Positions 1 to 13,752 are shown, counted from the first letter of the stretch. The stretch: DNA of 64,000 bases from Bispira polyomma (GCA_965649765.1 OZ287755.1:1550001-1614000), one strand, 5' to 3'. Notes: a model not told the origin generated them from the sequence alone. Program-made: numbers and translations.

Positions 1-1299
1 GTGTCCACCCCTTGTCTGCAGAAGGGTTTCATGGGACAGGTCTTCAGTGGAAAGACATCATCTCCAAGGATAAAGTAGGGGATGGGGGCCTGAAAGGGCT
101 TATGGGTTCAGGAGGGGACTAATCTTCTATCTTCTCATTCAGTTTTGACTTATTGAATGTCTGGGAATCTGAGCAGGACCCAGTAGATCACGGGTCAACC
201 CACAGGAACCTGTACCTCCACCAAGGCCAACATCACTATGGAGTGGAAGTCCTTGCAGTTAAAATATTCACTGCCTCCTTTTTTTGGATATCGAATGGCA
301 ATATGGTACCCATCTTTGGGCCCCAGGGCATTATGTACATTCCATGTTTTTCTGCAGACGTTCTTCCTGTCCTCTGGGATTGTGGGGCAGGACAGAAATT
401 ATTCCTGGAACTTATCTTTGATGACCTGGCAAACTGTGGCATGAACTTGGTGATGCTTGACCTACCGACTACAAAGGAGTACTGCAGTCCTGTGTATGAC
501 TCCCCAATTGCCAAATGCCTCAAATTGATAGCTATCTTGAGTCGAGGGGACACTGGTTTCCTGAACCAGGTAGTTTGTTCAGTAGCCCCACCCACCCTCC
601 ATTTCCGGGAATAATAAAGGGGGAATCCTCATACAATTCATGTAACACTGGAGATCTTGCATCTCCATGAGTGGCAGAAGTGCTGTGTATTGACCATGTT
701 CTTCCCTTCCTGTAAGCCATGGCCTGAGCCAGAACCAACGTCTTGATCTTCCTCTTCAGTCCACCCTTTCTTGAACATCTAAAGTATCTGCCTCTCTGAG
801 ACTCTTATTTTTCCTTCAATGTCTATAATTGCCATTACTTGAAGTTCATGTAGACAACTAAACCAAACTAAATACCTCTGGCAATATATATTAGCCTCTT
901 TGGAACAATCTTTTTCACATGACTGAACAATCAAAACCGAATGGATACATGGGTTCAGCCCCTTTATATAGTTTTTTATGGGCAAATTTCCGAGTGTTAG
1001 TGACCATGATTTGGTCTGGACAGTCAGGGGTTATCCATAGGTTCAAACAATAGGTAATGGTGTGGTTATAACTTATTATTTGAGTTGTTACCGGCTGGAA
1101 TAACTTATATTGGTTAGTAAAGGAGGTCATAGATCTTTGGTTCTGGCAACCAATCTGGCCGATTTATTGTAATGTAAAAAATCAGTGCGGCCTTATCTTT
1201 TGAGTCGCTAACCAATGCAAGTATACATCAGGGCAAAGTGCCCACGATTGGTCCCAATCATATTATCTCCCCGACTAAGTCTTGATGTGGAACAGCACC
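1..1299 (-). mobile_element. PIF/Harbinger DNA transposon fragment: frameshifted HARBI1-type DDE transposase plus its upstream terminus; truncated by the window edge
   Basis: Minus-strand frames give RLKIAINLRHLAIGESYTGLQYSFVVGRSSITKF, SEYFNCKDFHSIVMLALV, GSCSDSQTFN and PYFILGDDVFPL, which are typical HARBI1 motifs. TATA-like TATATAAAG at ~963-971. The end ATGTGGAACAGCACC (1285-1299) resembles the right TIR (ATGTGGAACCCCC) of the 35.5-40.3 kb element. Confidence 0.85.
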
Positions 1300-2149
1300 A
1301 TATTTTTTTTTTCAATGTTTTTAGGGTTATTACCACATTAAACATCTGATTCTATTGATTACAATAGTACAATAGTAGATCTTAAACATCAGACCTAAAA
1401 CAATAAAGTTATAGCCTTCATAATATAATACAATATTAAGGATATGATATGTCTCACACAAAAAAAAAACCACAAGCCACACCTGCAATCCACGTACAAG
1501 GAAGTGCCAAATATGTGAGATGTCAAATGTTTTCCATTAATGTTGATCCATTAGGGGAGTCCCGTTTTTGGTCAATTATTATTCCCATTATGAAAACATA
1601 CAATATTCTTGTTTCTGGTGCTATAATCTGGTAATTTATCTACACAATCTCTAAAACCATTACTTTTATTTCACTTTTGACACATAACATTATTTTTAGT
1701 TTGCTTTTGATATAGTTTTCGATACTTTGTCGCATTCTCGCCCATTTGTCCATTTTGGCCGATCACTACTGCTTCACCCTTCTGCTGCAATGTCCCTATA
1801 ATATATCTACTCAAGTTTAACAAGCATCTAAATTGTTACTTACACTTTTTATACAGTTTTTGATACTTTTGCCTATTATCGCAAAATTGTCTGTATTGAA
1901 ATATCACCTTTCCTTATTTTTGTTAAATGTTATAATCTGCTCCCACCTCCTTTTCGTTGGTGGTATGATATGCAGTTGCCTCTGACAATGCTCACAGCAC
2001 GTGGATGGAAAAACAATTCACGAAAATGTTCATACATAAAACCATGGATAAATGGATCCCTCAACAACCTTAACTGTGCCAACTTAATCCTGCAACAACC
2101 TAAATTGTGCCCCCCCCTCCCTGTTCTCTGTGTGCACAACTTTTCATCT

Positions 2150-3850
2150 ATTCTGACTCTACAAGAATAGCAATTCTGGACTTCTCTGGTCCTCATCTAT
2201 GCCAGTGACATCAAATTGATCGCGGGTCCAAATCATAGAAACATGCTAGATCGATCTGTAACAAGGGTCTGTCCTTCATTGACCTGACAGAGTTATAGAC
2301 TATTCCATCAACATGTACTGCATAGACGTGGTGTTTGCATAGTATTGCTTCGCAGCTCAAGTTATAGAAGTTCTGCCAGCTACTCCTTTTGAGGCTGTCC
2401 CTATCAAGGTTTCTTACTCCAATCAGTCATTTTTTGTTGCCTCGATGTATCGCCATCCATCTTCATCTAACCTGGAGAACTTTCTGGCTGAATTCACACA
2501 ATTCCTTAAAACCCAAAGTCTTGTTCCACATGAATGTCTCATTTTTGGTTATTTTAACATAAACTTCAATGAGGCCTGGACTACTGATTTTAAAAAGACC
2601 TCTTTTTTTGGCAACATTCAGCATATTAAAACTGCTACCAACACCCACAACCATATTCTAAATCTAGTGATAAGTCAATCTGAGTCAACCCTGCTAAAAC
2701 CACATCTCTGCTGATCATTTTGACACTATTTCGTTACCCAAAGATATCAAAGGTAAACCCAAAGACATTAAAATGTGTAGATTAAATCAAATTGACATAC
2801 AAGAATTTTGACATGATATATTGTCTTTCAACCTCATCCATGAAAACAAGATAAAAGTTTATGTAAACAATACCATCTTCTTACTAAAATACTTGACACA
2901 CATGCACCAGTCACCAACAAAAGTGTTGCACTGTTTCCTACACACGAATGGTCAACTGCAGCCATCTCTGATGTCAAACGACTTTGAATCAGCTAAAGAG
3001 ACATCTGGGTTTGATAGGAGGCCACAAAAAGGGCCACAAATGATTTCAATGCCCTTTTGTCCAAGGCCTGCAAGGACATTATGTCTCTCTCTTCTCTGAA
3101 AATACCCTGAAAAGCTTTCAAACTTAATCAACTCTACCCTCTATAGGAAATCCAAAAACTCACTACCAGATCACCACTGTACTATTTTCTTGCCAATAGT
3201 TTTTTTTTGTTTATGAAATTTCCAATTTCAGAAATACCTGTAGAGCTGCAATTGACTTCAATTCAACCACATCCTTCTACTTCCCACCATGTTGTTAAGC
3301 TCAATCACTTTTTTTCCATGTGTGATAGTCCTTAAACTTATTACTTCCTCCCTTCTCAAATCCTATAACTTAGATCCCATTACTGCATCTGCTATTTCCA
3401 GATGTCTTGACATTCCTTTGCTCCCATCAACAACATAGTTAACTTATCACTTCTTAAATGCCGTTTTCCTGCCTGTTTGAAAACCGCTTTTGTTACCCCC
3501 TTTTCAAGAAATTCAAACTTTATAAAAATACAGTAAACAATTTTAGGCCTGTTTCTAAAAACAAGAAGAAGCAAATCTACATCGGTCTGCGTACAGAAAA
3601 CATCACTCAACTGAAAGTGCGCTCTTACACATATGTAATGACATCAGTACCCCAGTGATCCGTCTTGGGGCTCCTTCTATTTATTACTTACACCTTGTCT
3701 GAGTTATGCTATAAACAAAACTAAACATAAAAGATCACATGTATATTGATGACACCCAAATCCACATATCATTAATGGCAAACAATGCACTGGATGAGCT
3801 CATCATCCATGCTAGATGTCCTGACTCCATCCAAGATCAATGGTAGTTAC
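2150..3850 (+). mobile_element. Highly decayed L2/CR1-clade LINE (APE endonuclease + RT remnants)
   Basis: YRHPSSSNLENFLAEF and FNINF..HNHILNLVI (endonuclease); IVNLSL..FPACLKTAFVTP and NNFRPVS; VPQ*SVLG at ~3648; YIDDTQIHISL at ~3742 (YADD box). Many stops and frameshifts. Boundaries approximate. Confidence 0.75.
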
Positions 3851-3939
3851 AATTACCTTATCATATTATGAGTTTAATAGTTATTAAAAATATGGATATA
3901 AGAGGTTATACTGTATTGTTATGTGTGTGCAAAACAATA

Positions 3940-4020
3940 GCTGATGTGTGTGTTGCATGGCGGATGTGTGTTTTACGTGGCTGATGTGTGTTGCATGGCT
4001 GATGTGTGTGTTGCATGCAG
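3940..4020. repeat. Short ~19-21 bp tandem repeat (GCTGATGTGTGTTGCATG), about 4 copies
   Basis: Directly visible repetition. Confidence 0.8.
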
Positions 4021-5656
4021 TAAGAATGTAAGGTTCTAGCAGGAAGCTCTGCAGTGTGATCTTGTCATAGCTGGCAGTATAGGGTCTGGGAAGCTGATAT
4101 TTCAAGAGAAATTTTACTTGTTCACTGGTTAATTAAACCCAAGTTCACATTCCAGTGGTGTGATGTCACTTTATATCCTGTCTGCTTGGTCTTAACATTT
4201 GTTTATGTATGTATATATATAATGTTAAAAAACATGTGCAAACGTGTTTTGAAAAGTACAAAGTCATTTTATAAATATATTGCATGGTTTAATTCAATTT
4301 AGACTAATTTTCTAGTGTTGTTAAAATCCACCATATTATTTATGAGGAATTCTAAATATATGTAAATGATTTTCTTATTATGATTGGTGGTTATGTATAT
4401 GCATGTTCTATTCCTCAGGTGCATACCGCATACACTAGCAGACTTACCCAAGTCTTAAATCTAGTATACTTTTGTCCTACATTTAAGCCTAACACTTGAT
4501 TAAATCCGTTAGTAAATACGGGCCCAGGAAATCAGACACATCAATTGTCTATTTAACTAAAATTGGTAGAAAAGTTAAAATTCTGAAATGACTTTGAATC
4601 TGTGATAGTAAGACTGTTTTGTCTAAGCTTTTCTGAAAACTCATATATTGACACTACTGAAAACTGAAATACCTGATGCAGTACTATAATTGGTAGTAAC
4701 AGCTTTATCAGAGTGGCTTTCATTAGTAGGTAGATATTTACTGCTAGGTTCCTATGTTATATCTTTCGTCAACCAAAGCTGATATTTAAGGTTAAGTTTC
4801 AGTCCACTTCAAAAGTATCCATCCAGTTGTCAATAGGAATCGGAGAACAGAAATGATTGTGAGAAGAAATACAGCCACAGGTAATGGGTGAAGTAATTAA
4901 AATAATAATTTTAAAGTGTAAATCAAGCTAATTTGTTTGCACTATAATCAAAATACAGATGTCATCAATCAATAAAATCATGCTTGACAAAATAAATCAA
5001 ATAGCATTTAAGCCAGCTGTGTGCTATAAAGTGTTTTAACTTTTTTTAGTTTAAGTTTTACTATTTATTGATAAAAATGCAAATCGTTAAAACTATCCAA
5101 GATAGTTATTAAACACATTTAATTATTGCACATTGCATAGAGCACAATCGTTGTATATCTTGACAGACTGACCTTCCAACAAGAGTAGAACTTACATTGT
5201 AATGCTCATTATGCTTTGTTTCAAACATAATAATAAATCCATATACTTCATATTTCCAAATATGTCTGAGATGAAACAGGCCGAAACGACAGATGTATGT
5301 ACATTTCTTAACATAAAGCAAACATAGACAATATCAGACATCTTGTGTATATGGACTTTTCAAACACCTTGTACTATTAGATTTAAATAGTTAAATAGTG
5401 TATATGTCAGAAGAACCTTTTACATTATTTTAAGTATATAATATAATACTGATTTGATAAATAGTATGAAAAATATAACAAAAAAATATTATGTGTACAT
5501 TGCATCAGTTTAGTATTACTGATTACATATCCAGTAGACATCTGATCTTGCATAGGTATGTTCTCAATTGTGATTGAGTCATCTAGTGCAATCACTAATT
5601 CCTCCAGATTGCTGTAATCAATAAATTTTATAACAACGAATATTTCATATCACAAA

Positions 5657-6827
5657 TTACACCAGTTCTAGAACTTTGGGTTGATTTAGTTTTCCAACTG
5701 CTTTTAAAATGATCTGTCTCTTTTCATCCATTGTTATTTTAGTCCCATTTCCACTGACCTTACCCATGCAGCAATACATCATCATTGAGATTTTTTATTT
5801 GAATTACTGCTATCTCTTCATCATCCATTTGAAGCAAGATACCAAGTTCATCCACTGCTCATTCTGCTTTCTGGCGATTTTCATATAACTTTTAACTGCT
5901 TTCAAAATGATCTGTCTCTTTTCAGCCATTGTTATTTTAGTCCCATTTCCACTGACCTTACCCATGCAGCAATACATCATCATTGAGATTTTTTGTTTGA
6001 ATTACTGCTATCTCTTCATCATCCATTCAAAGCAAGATACCAAGTTCTATCCACTGCTCATTCTGCTTGTGGCGATTTCATATATGTGTATATAGCCAAA
6101 ATCTACAAAACATAGATCAAGTACTGAATTTCAACAATTGATATAGCCCACTTGATATATTGGTATGTTCAAAATAGTGATGTTGCTGATATGATTCTAA
6201 GGCTACATGATTAGATTGACATCCCATTGTTTGTAATAGTCAAGGCTTTATCAATTTCAAATTTATTGCAACATTTACTGAGAGTTACCTTTCTCATCAT
6301 TTATCATCATTTTTGGAAGCATCACAATTTGTTTAACAGCTATGCATTCATCTCTTGGCAATGACGATGTCACTTCTGTACCCTCAAAAATCCATCATTG
6401 AGCCTTATTTCCTCAAAGCCACTATGTATTAAATTACTGGCTTCTCCATTTGCACACACAAGGCTCTTTTTATCCAGTAGTTTAGTACGATAGTCCTCTA
6501 AGATCTAAGCTATCTCTCTGTAAGCATTGTATTTGGCAACATTTAATGGAGTGTGACCTGCATTGTTTGGGTTTAGGTCAGGCTTGTACTTTAGCAGTAC
6601 TCTGACTGTTTCGGGACTGTTTTCGTCCACAGCATGGTGCAGTGCAGTATTCCCACTATTGGGCATGCAATTAATATCAGCTCTATGTTGACAGAGGATA
6701 TCCACAACAGCCACTCGTGTGTTTACACATGCAGCTATAAGAGGAGTGGCTCCACTGACATGCCTAATGTCTATATGAGCACCCTGGTCAAGTAAGATGT
6801 AAATCACTATTGCATTGCCTTGTTGTG
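5657..6827 (-). pseudogene. Ankyrin-repeat + Death-domain protein pseudogene (3' exons)
   Basis: Exon after the gtcag acceptor (6828-6832) encodes ~3 ankyrin repeats (GATPLIAAC..VVDILCQHRADIN, GNTALHHAVDEN..VRVLLKYKPDLN, GHTPLNVA). A premature TAG at 6505 reads through to ILEDYRTKLL. A second exon after the ttttgtag acceptor (~6103) encodes Death-like QWIELGILL*MDDEEIAVIQTKNLNDD..AWVRS..ITMDEKRQIILKAVGKLNQPKVLELV* with frameshifts. Confidence 0.7.
5696..6084. repeat. Tandem duplication, 198-bp period (2 copies), covering the Death-domain coding segment
   Basis: AACTGCTT(T/C)AAAATGATCTGTCTC starts at 5696 and again at 5894. The copies are near-identical. Confidence 0.95.
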
Positions 6828-8343
6828 CTGACAATACACATATAGTTACGAAATTTATCACTGACTTATTTATTTATGCTGCTTTTAAATTACATTTCCA
6901 CACTATTTCAACCAAGAAAAGTGTTCCAAACTCTCAAAGTGGTATTATTGGTTTGCACGGCACATTACATAATATACTCCAACATATCTAACACCTACAA
7001 TATCTGTTTTTTATGTCAACCACATACCCATTTTTGTGTAACATTAATTACCAGTTTGTCCTTAAACTCATTTATCTCAGAAAAATTCCACCCCTCCCTT
7101 TCATGCTGTAAACTTGTAGTTTTATTATTATCAAAAGAAATTGATGCCTACCAAGATATCATACATCACACGTAAAATGTGCCATGTTACAAATTAATTG
7201 ATTGCACTAAGACTGTATCAACCAAATATTTCATTTACATTAACATTTACCTATAAATAAATTATAAACATGTTAAGAAAATAAATAAATGAAATTTATG
7301 TAGTCATAATACAGCCATGCTGTTAACATATTTATTTCATTAATATAAACATTTAATCAGTCAGCACATCTTCTATACACCATTGATATCAGCAAAATAT
7401 GCTTATTTATTATACCTTGTAATCAATGTAACTAAGATAATGCATATTGTTTGTATACATAAGCTAGTCATTTAAAAATCCGGGCATATGCATGATTGAC
7501 ATTGACATAATTCCTAGCTTTCCTAGCTTCCTAACAAGGAATTAACAAAATGAAACCCCTAGACACTGCATGAAGCACATTCTTAGAGATTCTAAAGAGA
7601 TATCTATGTTTTTACTTGGTTTGGAATAACCAGCAATTCATGTGTATTATAATTATTACTGACACATCTTCAACAGATTGAGAACTATAGGTATATTAAA
7701 ATGGAAGTAATTTAACTGTTACCAAGTATGCTTTTATTTCTTTATTAGTAGTCAGGTTAGCAATCTGAATACCAGTATTGACATCATATATAATACATAG
7801 ACAAGTGTAGTTCTGGCACTCACCACACACACAAATGCATGACACTTATGTGGTCGGGTTAAGATTTAGGTTAATAGTGCTTCTCCGCTATCAAGACTAT
7901 ACTCGGGAGGGGCCTCGATTATATGATTCTTGCCAAGCCATGGCATTTCCCCATGATTTTTTTTTAAAAAGGCGGGTAAATTTGCATATAAAGATGAAAA
8001 AAAATTAAGTCTGGAGGGCCATTAAGATAAGTCTTTGGAAGGAAAAGATAGGTCGATGGAAGGAAAATTTAAGTATTAACTGAAAAGATAGGTCTTAAAT
8101 CCACCACACTCCCATAAAGATAAGTCTGCCAGCCTTGCTGTTTGAGGTGAATTTTGAGGTGAAAATTGTATAATCTTTTTAGAATGGGTCTGTGGCTGTT
8201 GTAAAACTAAATATTTGTTATATTGGCACCCAGTCTTACACAAACAATGTCCAAAAAATCATCAAAACTCCAATTTGGATAAATGACAGAAGCAAATCAT
8301 CCCCTTCACAAAATATTTAGGGGGTGGAGGTAAAAGAATGGTA

Positions 8344-8420
8344 GGGGCCGAGGTGGCCTAACGGGTATGAGCGTCTGCTTTAAGATCACAAGCCTCTCAC
8401 CTCTGGAGATCAAATTCCAC
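8344..8420 (+). mobile_element. 5' fragment of a tRNA-derived SINE (related to the 21911 family)
   Basis: GGGGCCGAGGTGGCCTAACGGGT (A-box-like), then ATCACAAGCCTCTCACCTCTGG matching the head of the 21911 copy. Confidence 0.65.
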
Positions 8421-9866
8421 AGATTCCTTCTTCTTGTACTCATAGCTCATATTCGGCCCGCTGATGTGATTCTGCCCATTTGTAAACTTTTTAAAATATT
8501 TCCGAACTTGGCGGCCATCTAGAATTTCTGCATCTTTTTAAAATATATTTGTTATCTCAGAAACAATGCTACATAGAGCGATTTCAAGTTCATTTTTGAC
8601 CCACAGGGCTGATTCTGGTTGTATATCAACTTTTTAAAAAATTTCAAATTTTGCCAAAGAACATGTCTAAATGGAAACCAATGGCAAACCATTTAAAAAA
8701 TTCAAGATCACAGAACGTTTCCATCAGTTGGGCCTGCAGTCACATTCATATATTAGTCAAAGAACCTCTTTAGTGAAAGTGACGTGTTACAGTTTGGGAG
8801 TTGTTTATTTTGTGTGTGAATGGAACATGTAAAGAGTTAAATGTGTCAAATCTGTGTTCCCCAATTGATCTTTATAATGTAACGGTGTGACCGTATTTCT
8901 CAAAACTACTTGGCCAAATGAAGTAAATATCAATACTTTTGAATTCTGCGGTAAACTTTTGTTTTGACTTCAGTGCAAAACTGCAATTTTTGGCTTTTCT
9001 CAAAGATGTGCAGCTTTTTTTAGGATACCAATTTAAGAAATTTCTTGGACAAGTACATCTTGTACTTAATTAAGTATAATGTTCATTTCAGCTTAGCTAA
9101 CTGTTTAAAATAAGGGAACACAAACAAATTTCCATTTAATCTCTTTGTGGGACTACAGGTAATTTGTCCGGATTCAGTACTGTATCTTTACATCTTAAGA
9201 TTGACATAATATCTTGTCATTGTATTGTATGTACATTTTGGTTTTGGCGCATAGTTCGCTATGAAGCCTGTAGCCTTATGTAAAAAAAATTAAAAAGTAA
9301 GACTGAATACGTTGTGAGCTGTATTATTTTCTACAACATATTACATGCTGTAAAAAGTTTCAGTTTACTTTATTTATCTGTATGAATACCACCAACCCAC
9401 CCACCACCTTAACAAGTGTGGAACACATTGCTCCAGTTTCATAAAAATCAGATTGGATGAAGTTCTATACCATTGACGACCAATTCGTAATGTCCCTCTT
9501 TGTAAACATTTCATAGGAAGTTAACATTTTCTAAAGCATTGTTTGGAATACAAAAAAGTTAAATTTGTCCGCAAATATTGGGGAATTTTTAGAAGAAAAA
9601 GTAATTTAAATTCATGGACCCTGTCATTTGAACACACAAGTATTTAGAAAAGGTATGGTACAGTAAGTTAAGTTAACTATTTTTCAGCTGACCCAACCTG
9701 CGTTCATTCGGTTAATTATAGTGCATACATAAATCTCTCTGATGGTGCAATGCTATCTATATAAATATCTGTGGATGTGTATTAATGTGATAAACTGTAT
9801 GAAGTCAATATCATTGTTTTTTTAATGACACAAGTTGTACATTTATTTGTATATATGTTGGGGGAT

Positions 9867-9892
<26 letters not shown>
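9867..9892. repeat. (TA)n microsatellite
   Basis: Directly visible. Confidence 0.95.
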
Positions 9893-9899
<7 letters not shown>

Positions 9900-10229
9900 T
9901 TATTAATAAACTTTTATACAACTACTCTGATTGTTTATATTGCATTACAGGTACTGTGTTTTTGTTAACCAACTTTTGTTAAATCAGTTTAAATTTATGA
10001 TGCCATTCATCCATCGTATAGACATGTAAAATTATGAGATTATTTTATGTTGGTGAACAAATGTACGCATGTCTTACAAAAGGCTGACAAGACTGTCCTC
10101 ATGGAATTTGTTACAATTTGTATTTCTGTAGTATAGGTGGACTAATAGTTAGAAGTACCTGTTTGACAAACACTGGTATCTCCCTGATGTGGATTTAAAT
10201 CACGTTTGTTCCTTCATTTGGATAGTTTG

Positions 10230-10331
10230 TCAGGTACTTGCTGCAGGTCAGTCGTATGCAGGTCATAGGTCAATCGTATGCAGGTCATAGGTCAGTGGTA
10301 TGCAGTTTATCAGGTACTTGCTGCAGGTCAG
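10230..10331. repeat. Imperfect ~20-bp tandem repeat (CGTATGCAGGTCATAGGTCA) flanked by direct repeats TCAGGTACTTGCTGCAGGTCAG
   Basis: Directly visible. Confidence 0.75.
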
Positions 10332-10869
10332 CAGTTAGCTGATTCAATACTGGTTTCTTTTACTTTTAAATCTGGCCGTTGTGATATGACTTACGCTCTA
10401 GAATCGAACAAAAAACAAACTAGATTGAACTCTGTAGTACAACACATAGTGTGATAGTGTCCAATATAAACACTGAAAATGACTATTTGTACATATGCAA
10501 TTGGATTTACCAAATATAAAGCTAGATTTTAAAACTTAGATGGTGGTAATAATGGTAAAACATATAAATGAAGTCCTCTGATGTTTTATAAGATAATAAC
10601 AGGGACAAAAACAGTTAATCGAACAGTTGTTAATAAAGCCAGTTTATTCAGCTTAGACAATATTAATGATAGTTTATTTCGTATATTTTTAAGCACATTT
10701 ACAAAGAAAGAAAACCAAAAAAAAAATAAAAATACTTACAACTATAGCATATATACACAGATATATATTGATAACACTCTTTTGTAGTACATAGTATATT
10801 ATTTCATTTAAGTTTTAATCAGAAAACCTTGAGGAGTGAGTGTTTCTTAATAATTAATAACGACAGGTC

Positions 10870-11760
10870 TCAAATGTGTCCAGGCACAATTTCACAATGT
10901 TGAACATAATTATAATCACTGTCGGACAAGTTTAATATTTTTGAAATATCATACATATTCACATGTAAGGCAGAACATATTGCAGATCAATTTTTACTGG
11001 CAAAGAACATTACATTATCAGCCTACCACAAAATTTTGCATATTAATTTATTCAAATGGATTACATTGTGATAAAATTTAAGAAAAATTTGATACAATTG
11101 CATGTCAATAGGAGAATCATTAACAATCTATTATAGAATATATGCATATCAGAATTACTGAAAATTTAAGGAAAATTTGATACAATTGCATGTCAATAGG
11201 AGAATCATTAACAATCTATTGTAGAACATATGCATATCAGAATTACTGAAATACCAAATAACACATTCATATAAATGGCTGATAATGTCAAATTAAACAT
11301 CTAATATAAATTACGATGCAAGTGAAATCATTTGTACATTGATATATGTTACCTCTGTTAAAATCTTTAGCAATAAAGAGGCACAGATGTTTTTCATGTT
11401 TTGATACATTTATGTTTCTGTTACAGAGATAGATGCTGCTGACATCATTATCTTTAAAAGAAAAATTATCTTAGTCTTTTCAACATTAAATGTTATGTGG
11501 CATTTCTTGCCGAATTCATAAGCTATGTAATACATCTTACTATTAACATAAGATGTTGGACTTACCAATATTATAAGCAAAACAACCCATGAACGTGTCA
11601 CCAATGTGACAACCATAACCTCATTCTTTTACATTCATAAGTAATTCATCTGTATAGATGCTAAACAGTATAGGAGACAAAACCCCACCTTGCTTGACCC
11701 CATTACTCGCACAGAAATGTAGTAGTAAAAGTAGTAAAATATACATCATTTCACAAAAAA
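10870..11760 (-). mobile_element. Non-LTR retrotransposon RT remnant (clade uncertain)
   Basis: SNGVKQGGVLSPILFSIYTDELL (RT QG box), then GYGCHIG, HITFNVEKTK and a KHL motif. Decayed. Confidence 0.75.
11073..11250. repeat. 88-bp tandem duplication (2 copies) inside the LINE remnant
   Basis: AAAATTTAAG(A/G)AAAATTTGATACAATTGCATGTC starts at 11073 and 11161. Confidence 0.9.
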
Positions 11761-12454
11761 AAATACTCAAAAGTACTAAACGTATTAAAATAGTATTAAT
11801 ACACACTAGTTTACTAAAAAGTTTCAATCCTATTAAAGTAGTAAAATACACAAAGTTTACAAAAAAGTATTAAGCATATTTAAAACAGTATAACACACAT
11901 TGCTCTACTAACGCAGTCTAAAACATATTAAAGTAGAAAAAAGCTGGAATTGGTTGAAAGAGACAAATTTTCAAGATGGCGGCCATCCTGAACAAGTTCT
12001 AACATAAGGCTGTAATCGCTTTGTCTCTACAGGAGATAAAAGATGTGATGAAGAAAATACAAATTTTCGAAATGAAAACCAAACTCACTTTTACACGGTA
12101 ATGGGACAAATGCCGAAACTATTGTCTATTACGGTCCAGGTAATAATAAATGTTTGTTAAACCCGTCAATTTTTTAAGATGCATAAACTTCAAGTCGTTA
12201 TATATCACTATATCCATAACATATTTTTGAGCTGCTTAAAAATTTATATGATTGAATCTTTGCTTTAAAACTTTTTTACAGTATGTAACATACAGCAAAT
12301 AAAAAAGAAGTTGCTACTGGCTGGAAAAGCTGTTTTTCTACATTTTCACATATTGTATGTCAGCCTTCTTGTTTTTAAGAATGACACTAATTAGGCATAG
12401 TGTTACACCATCCTAGAGATGTATTCACTGTAAAACCTTTACACATATTGCACC

Positions 12455-12851
12455 CAAACTGTAGTGTGTCGAGTGTCAACTAAGAAAGGCTGACAACAGA
12501 CATGTATTTAGGCGTAAACTGTAATTGTTACAACTTAGAAACTGTCTTTACCACCGGACACGATTGTTGTGTATATATTCGAGATGAGACAATAGACATG
12601 TATTCAGGCGTAAACTGTAGTGTGTAGAGTGTTAATTAACAGAGGCTGACAACAGACACGTATTCAGGCGTAAACTGTGGTGTGTAGAGTGTTAATTAAC
12701 AATGATCGACAACAGACATGTATTGAGGCATAAACTGTAGTGTGTTGAGTGTTAATTAACAAAGGCTGACAACAGACACGTATTCAGGCGTAAACTGTAG
12801 TGTGTAGAGTGTTAATTAACAGAGGCTCACAACAGATATGTATTCAGGCAT
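12455..12851. repeat. 60-bp minisatellite (about 4 well-conserved units at 12601-12851 plus degenerate units upstream)
   Basis: Unit TATTCAGGCGTAAACTGTAGTGTGTAGAGTGTTAATTAACAGAGGCTGACAACAGACACG. The consensus has stops in all six frames. Confidence 0.95.
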
Positions 12852-13741
12852 AATCCAAAGTATGTACTAGTTAGTTGCATACAATAAAGTATCATCAAAT
12901 ATGAAACTATGTATTGCAAAAATTGTTCTAATTGAATGGCTGTATCTATATCACAATACAGTCCACTTTTGGACCGCTATAAACTCTTTTATAATACATT
13001 TTAACAGTGTATACCAGAGTAAATTCTAAGAAATATTTGAATCAAATATATCAGTTGAATTCAGACAATAGTATTTTGAATGCATTGACACAGTAAAGGA
13101 GAAATCTAACTTAATTGAGGCCATTAAAGATTGATATCTCTGTAACTATACAAACAACAGCTATGCATTAGCCTATGTTTTCTCTTGTTTGCTGTGTGTC
13201 TCACAGATGGAAGCAGTGTGATAAAAAAGGTCTACTTGAGCGGACATATAAATGCAAGCATAGGCTTATATGATAATACATCTTTTTCTAATTTAGAATA
13301 CCATTACAAAAAAAGAAATAAAAAAACTGAAACGTTAATGGTCTATTACATTTTGAAATTGACGTTTCAGACTTTCATAGAAAAGTTGCACAAGAAAAAT
13401 AGTTTGTTCATTGTAATTAAAGTTGTTAGGATGTGTGCTCAGAGAAAAGTGTGTGTTATGTCAACAAAAGTGTATGAAGCATTGGGTTTGTTGTTGCTGT
13501 TTGTTTATTATAACTTTAAAGTAAACACATTTGTGTGTGTTTGGGGGGGGGGGGGGGGGGGGGGGGGCAAAGTACCTATTTAAAAAAAATACAATATTCA
13601 GGGGTTTGTGGTGATAAAGATATAATGTAGTCAATACAACCTACTAGATTGAGCAGATACTACTAAGACAGGATCTCATCTGGAATATATACATAACAAT
13701 TGTGTCCACTTGTACACTTGGAACTTTAATATTGTACCTTT

Positions 13742-13752
13742 TTTATTTTATT
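13742..13752 (-). terminator. Candidate AATAAA polyadenylation signals of the C1qDC gene
   Basis: Two overlapping TTTATT hexamers ~90-100 nt downstream of the stop at 13841. Confidence 0.5.

Noticed and set aside
12601-12851. Coding repeat (60 bp = 20 aa) or CRISPR
   Set aside because: The consensus unit has stop codons in all six frames and there are no spacers.
13185-13583. 132-aa ORF ending in poly-Gly
   Set aside because: TTG start, AT-rich composition, and the Gly run is just a G homopolymer (13543-13567).
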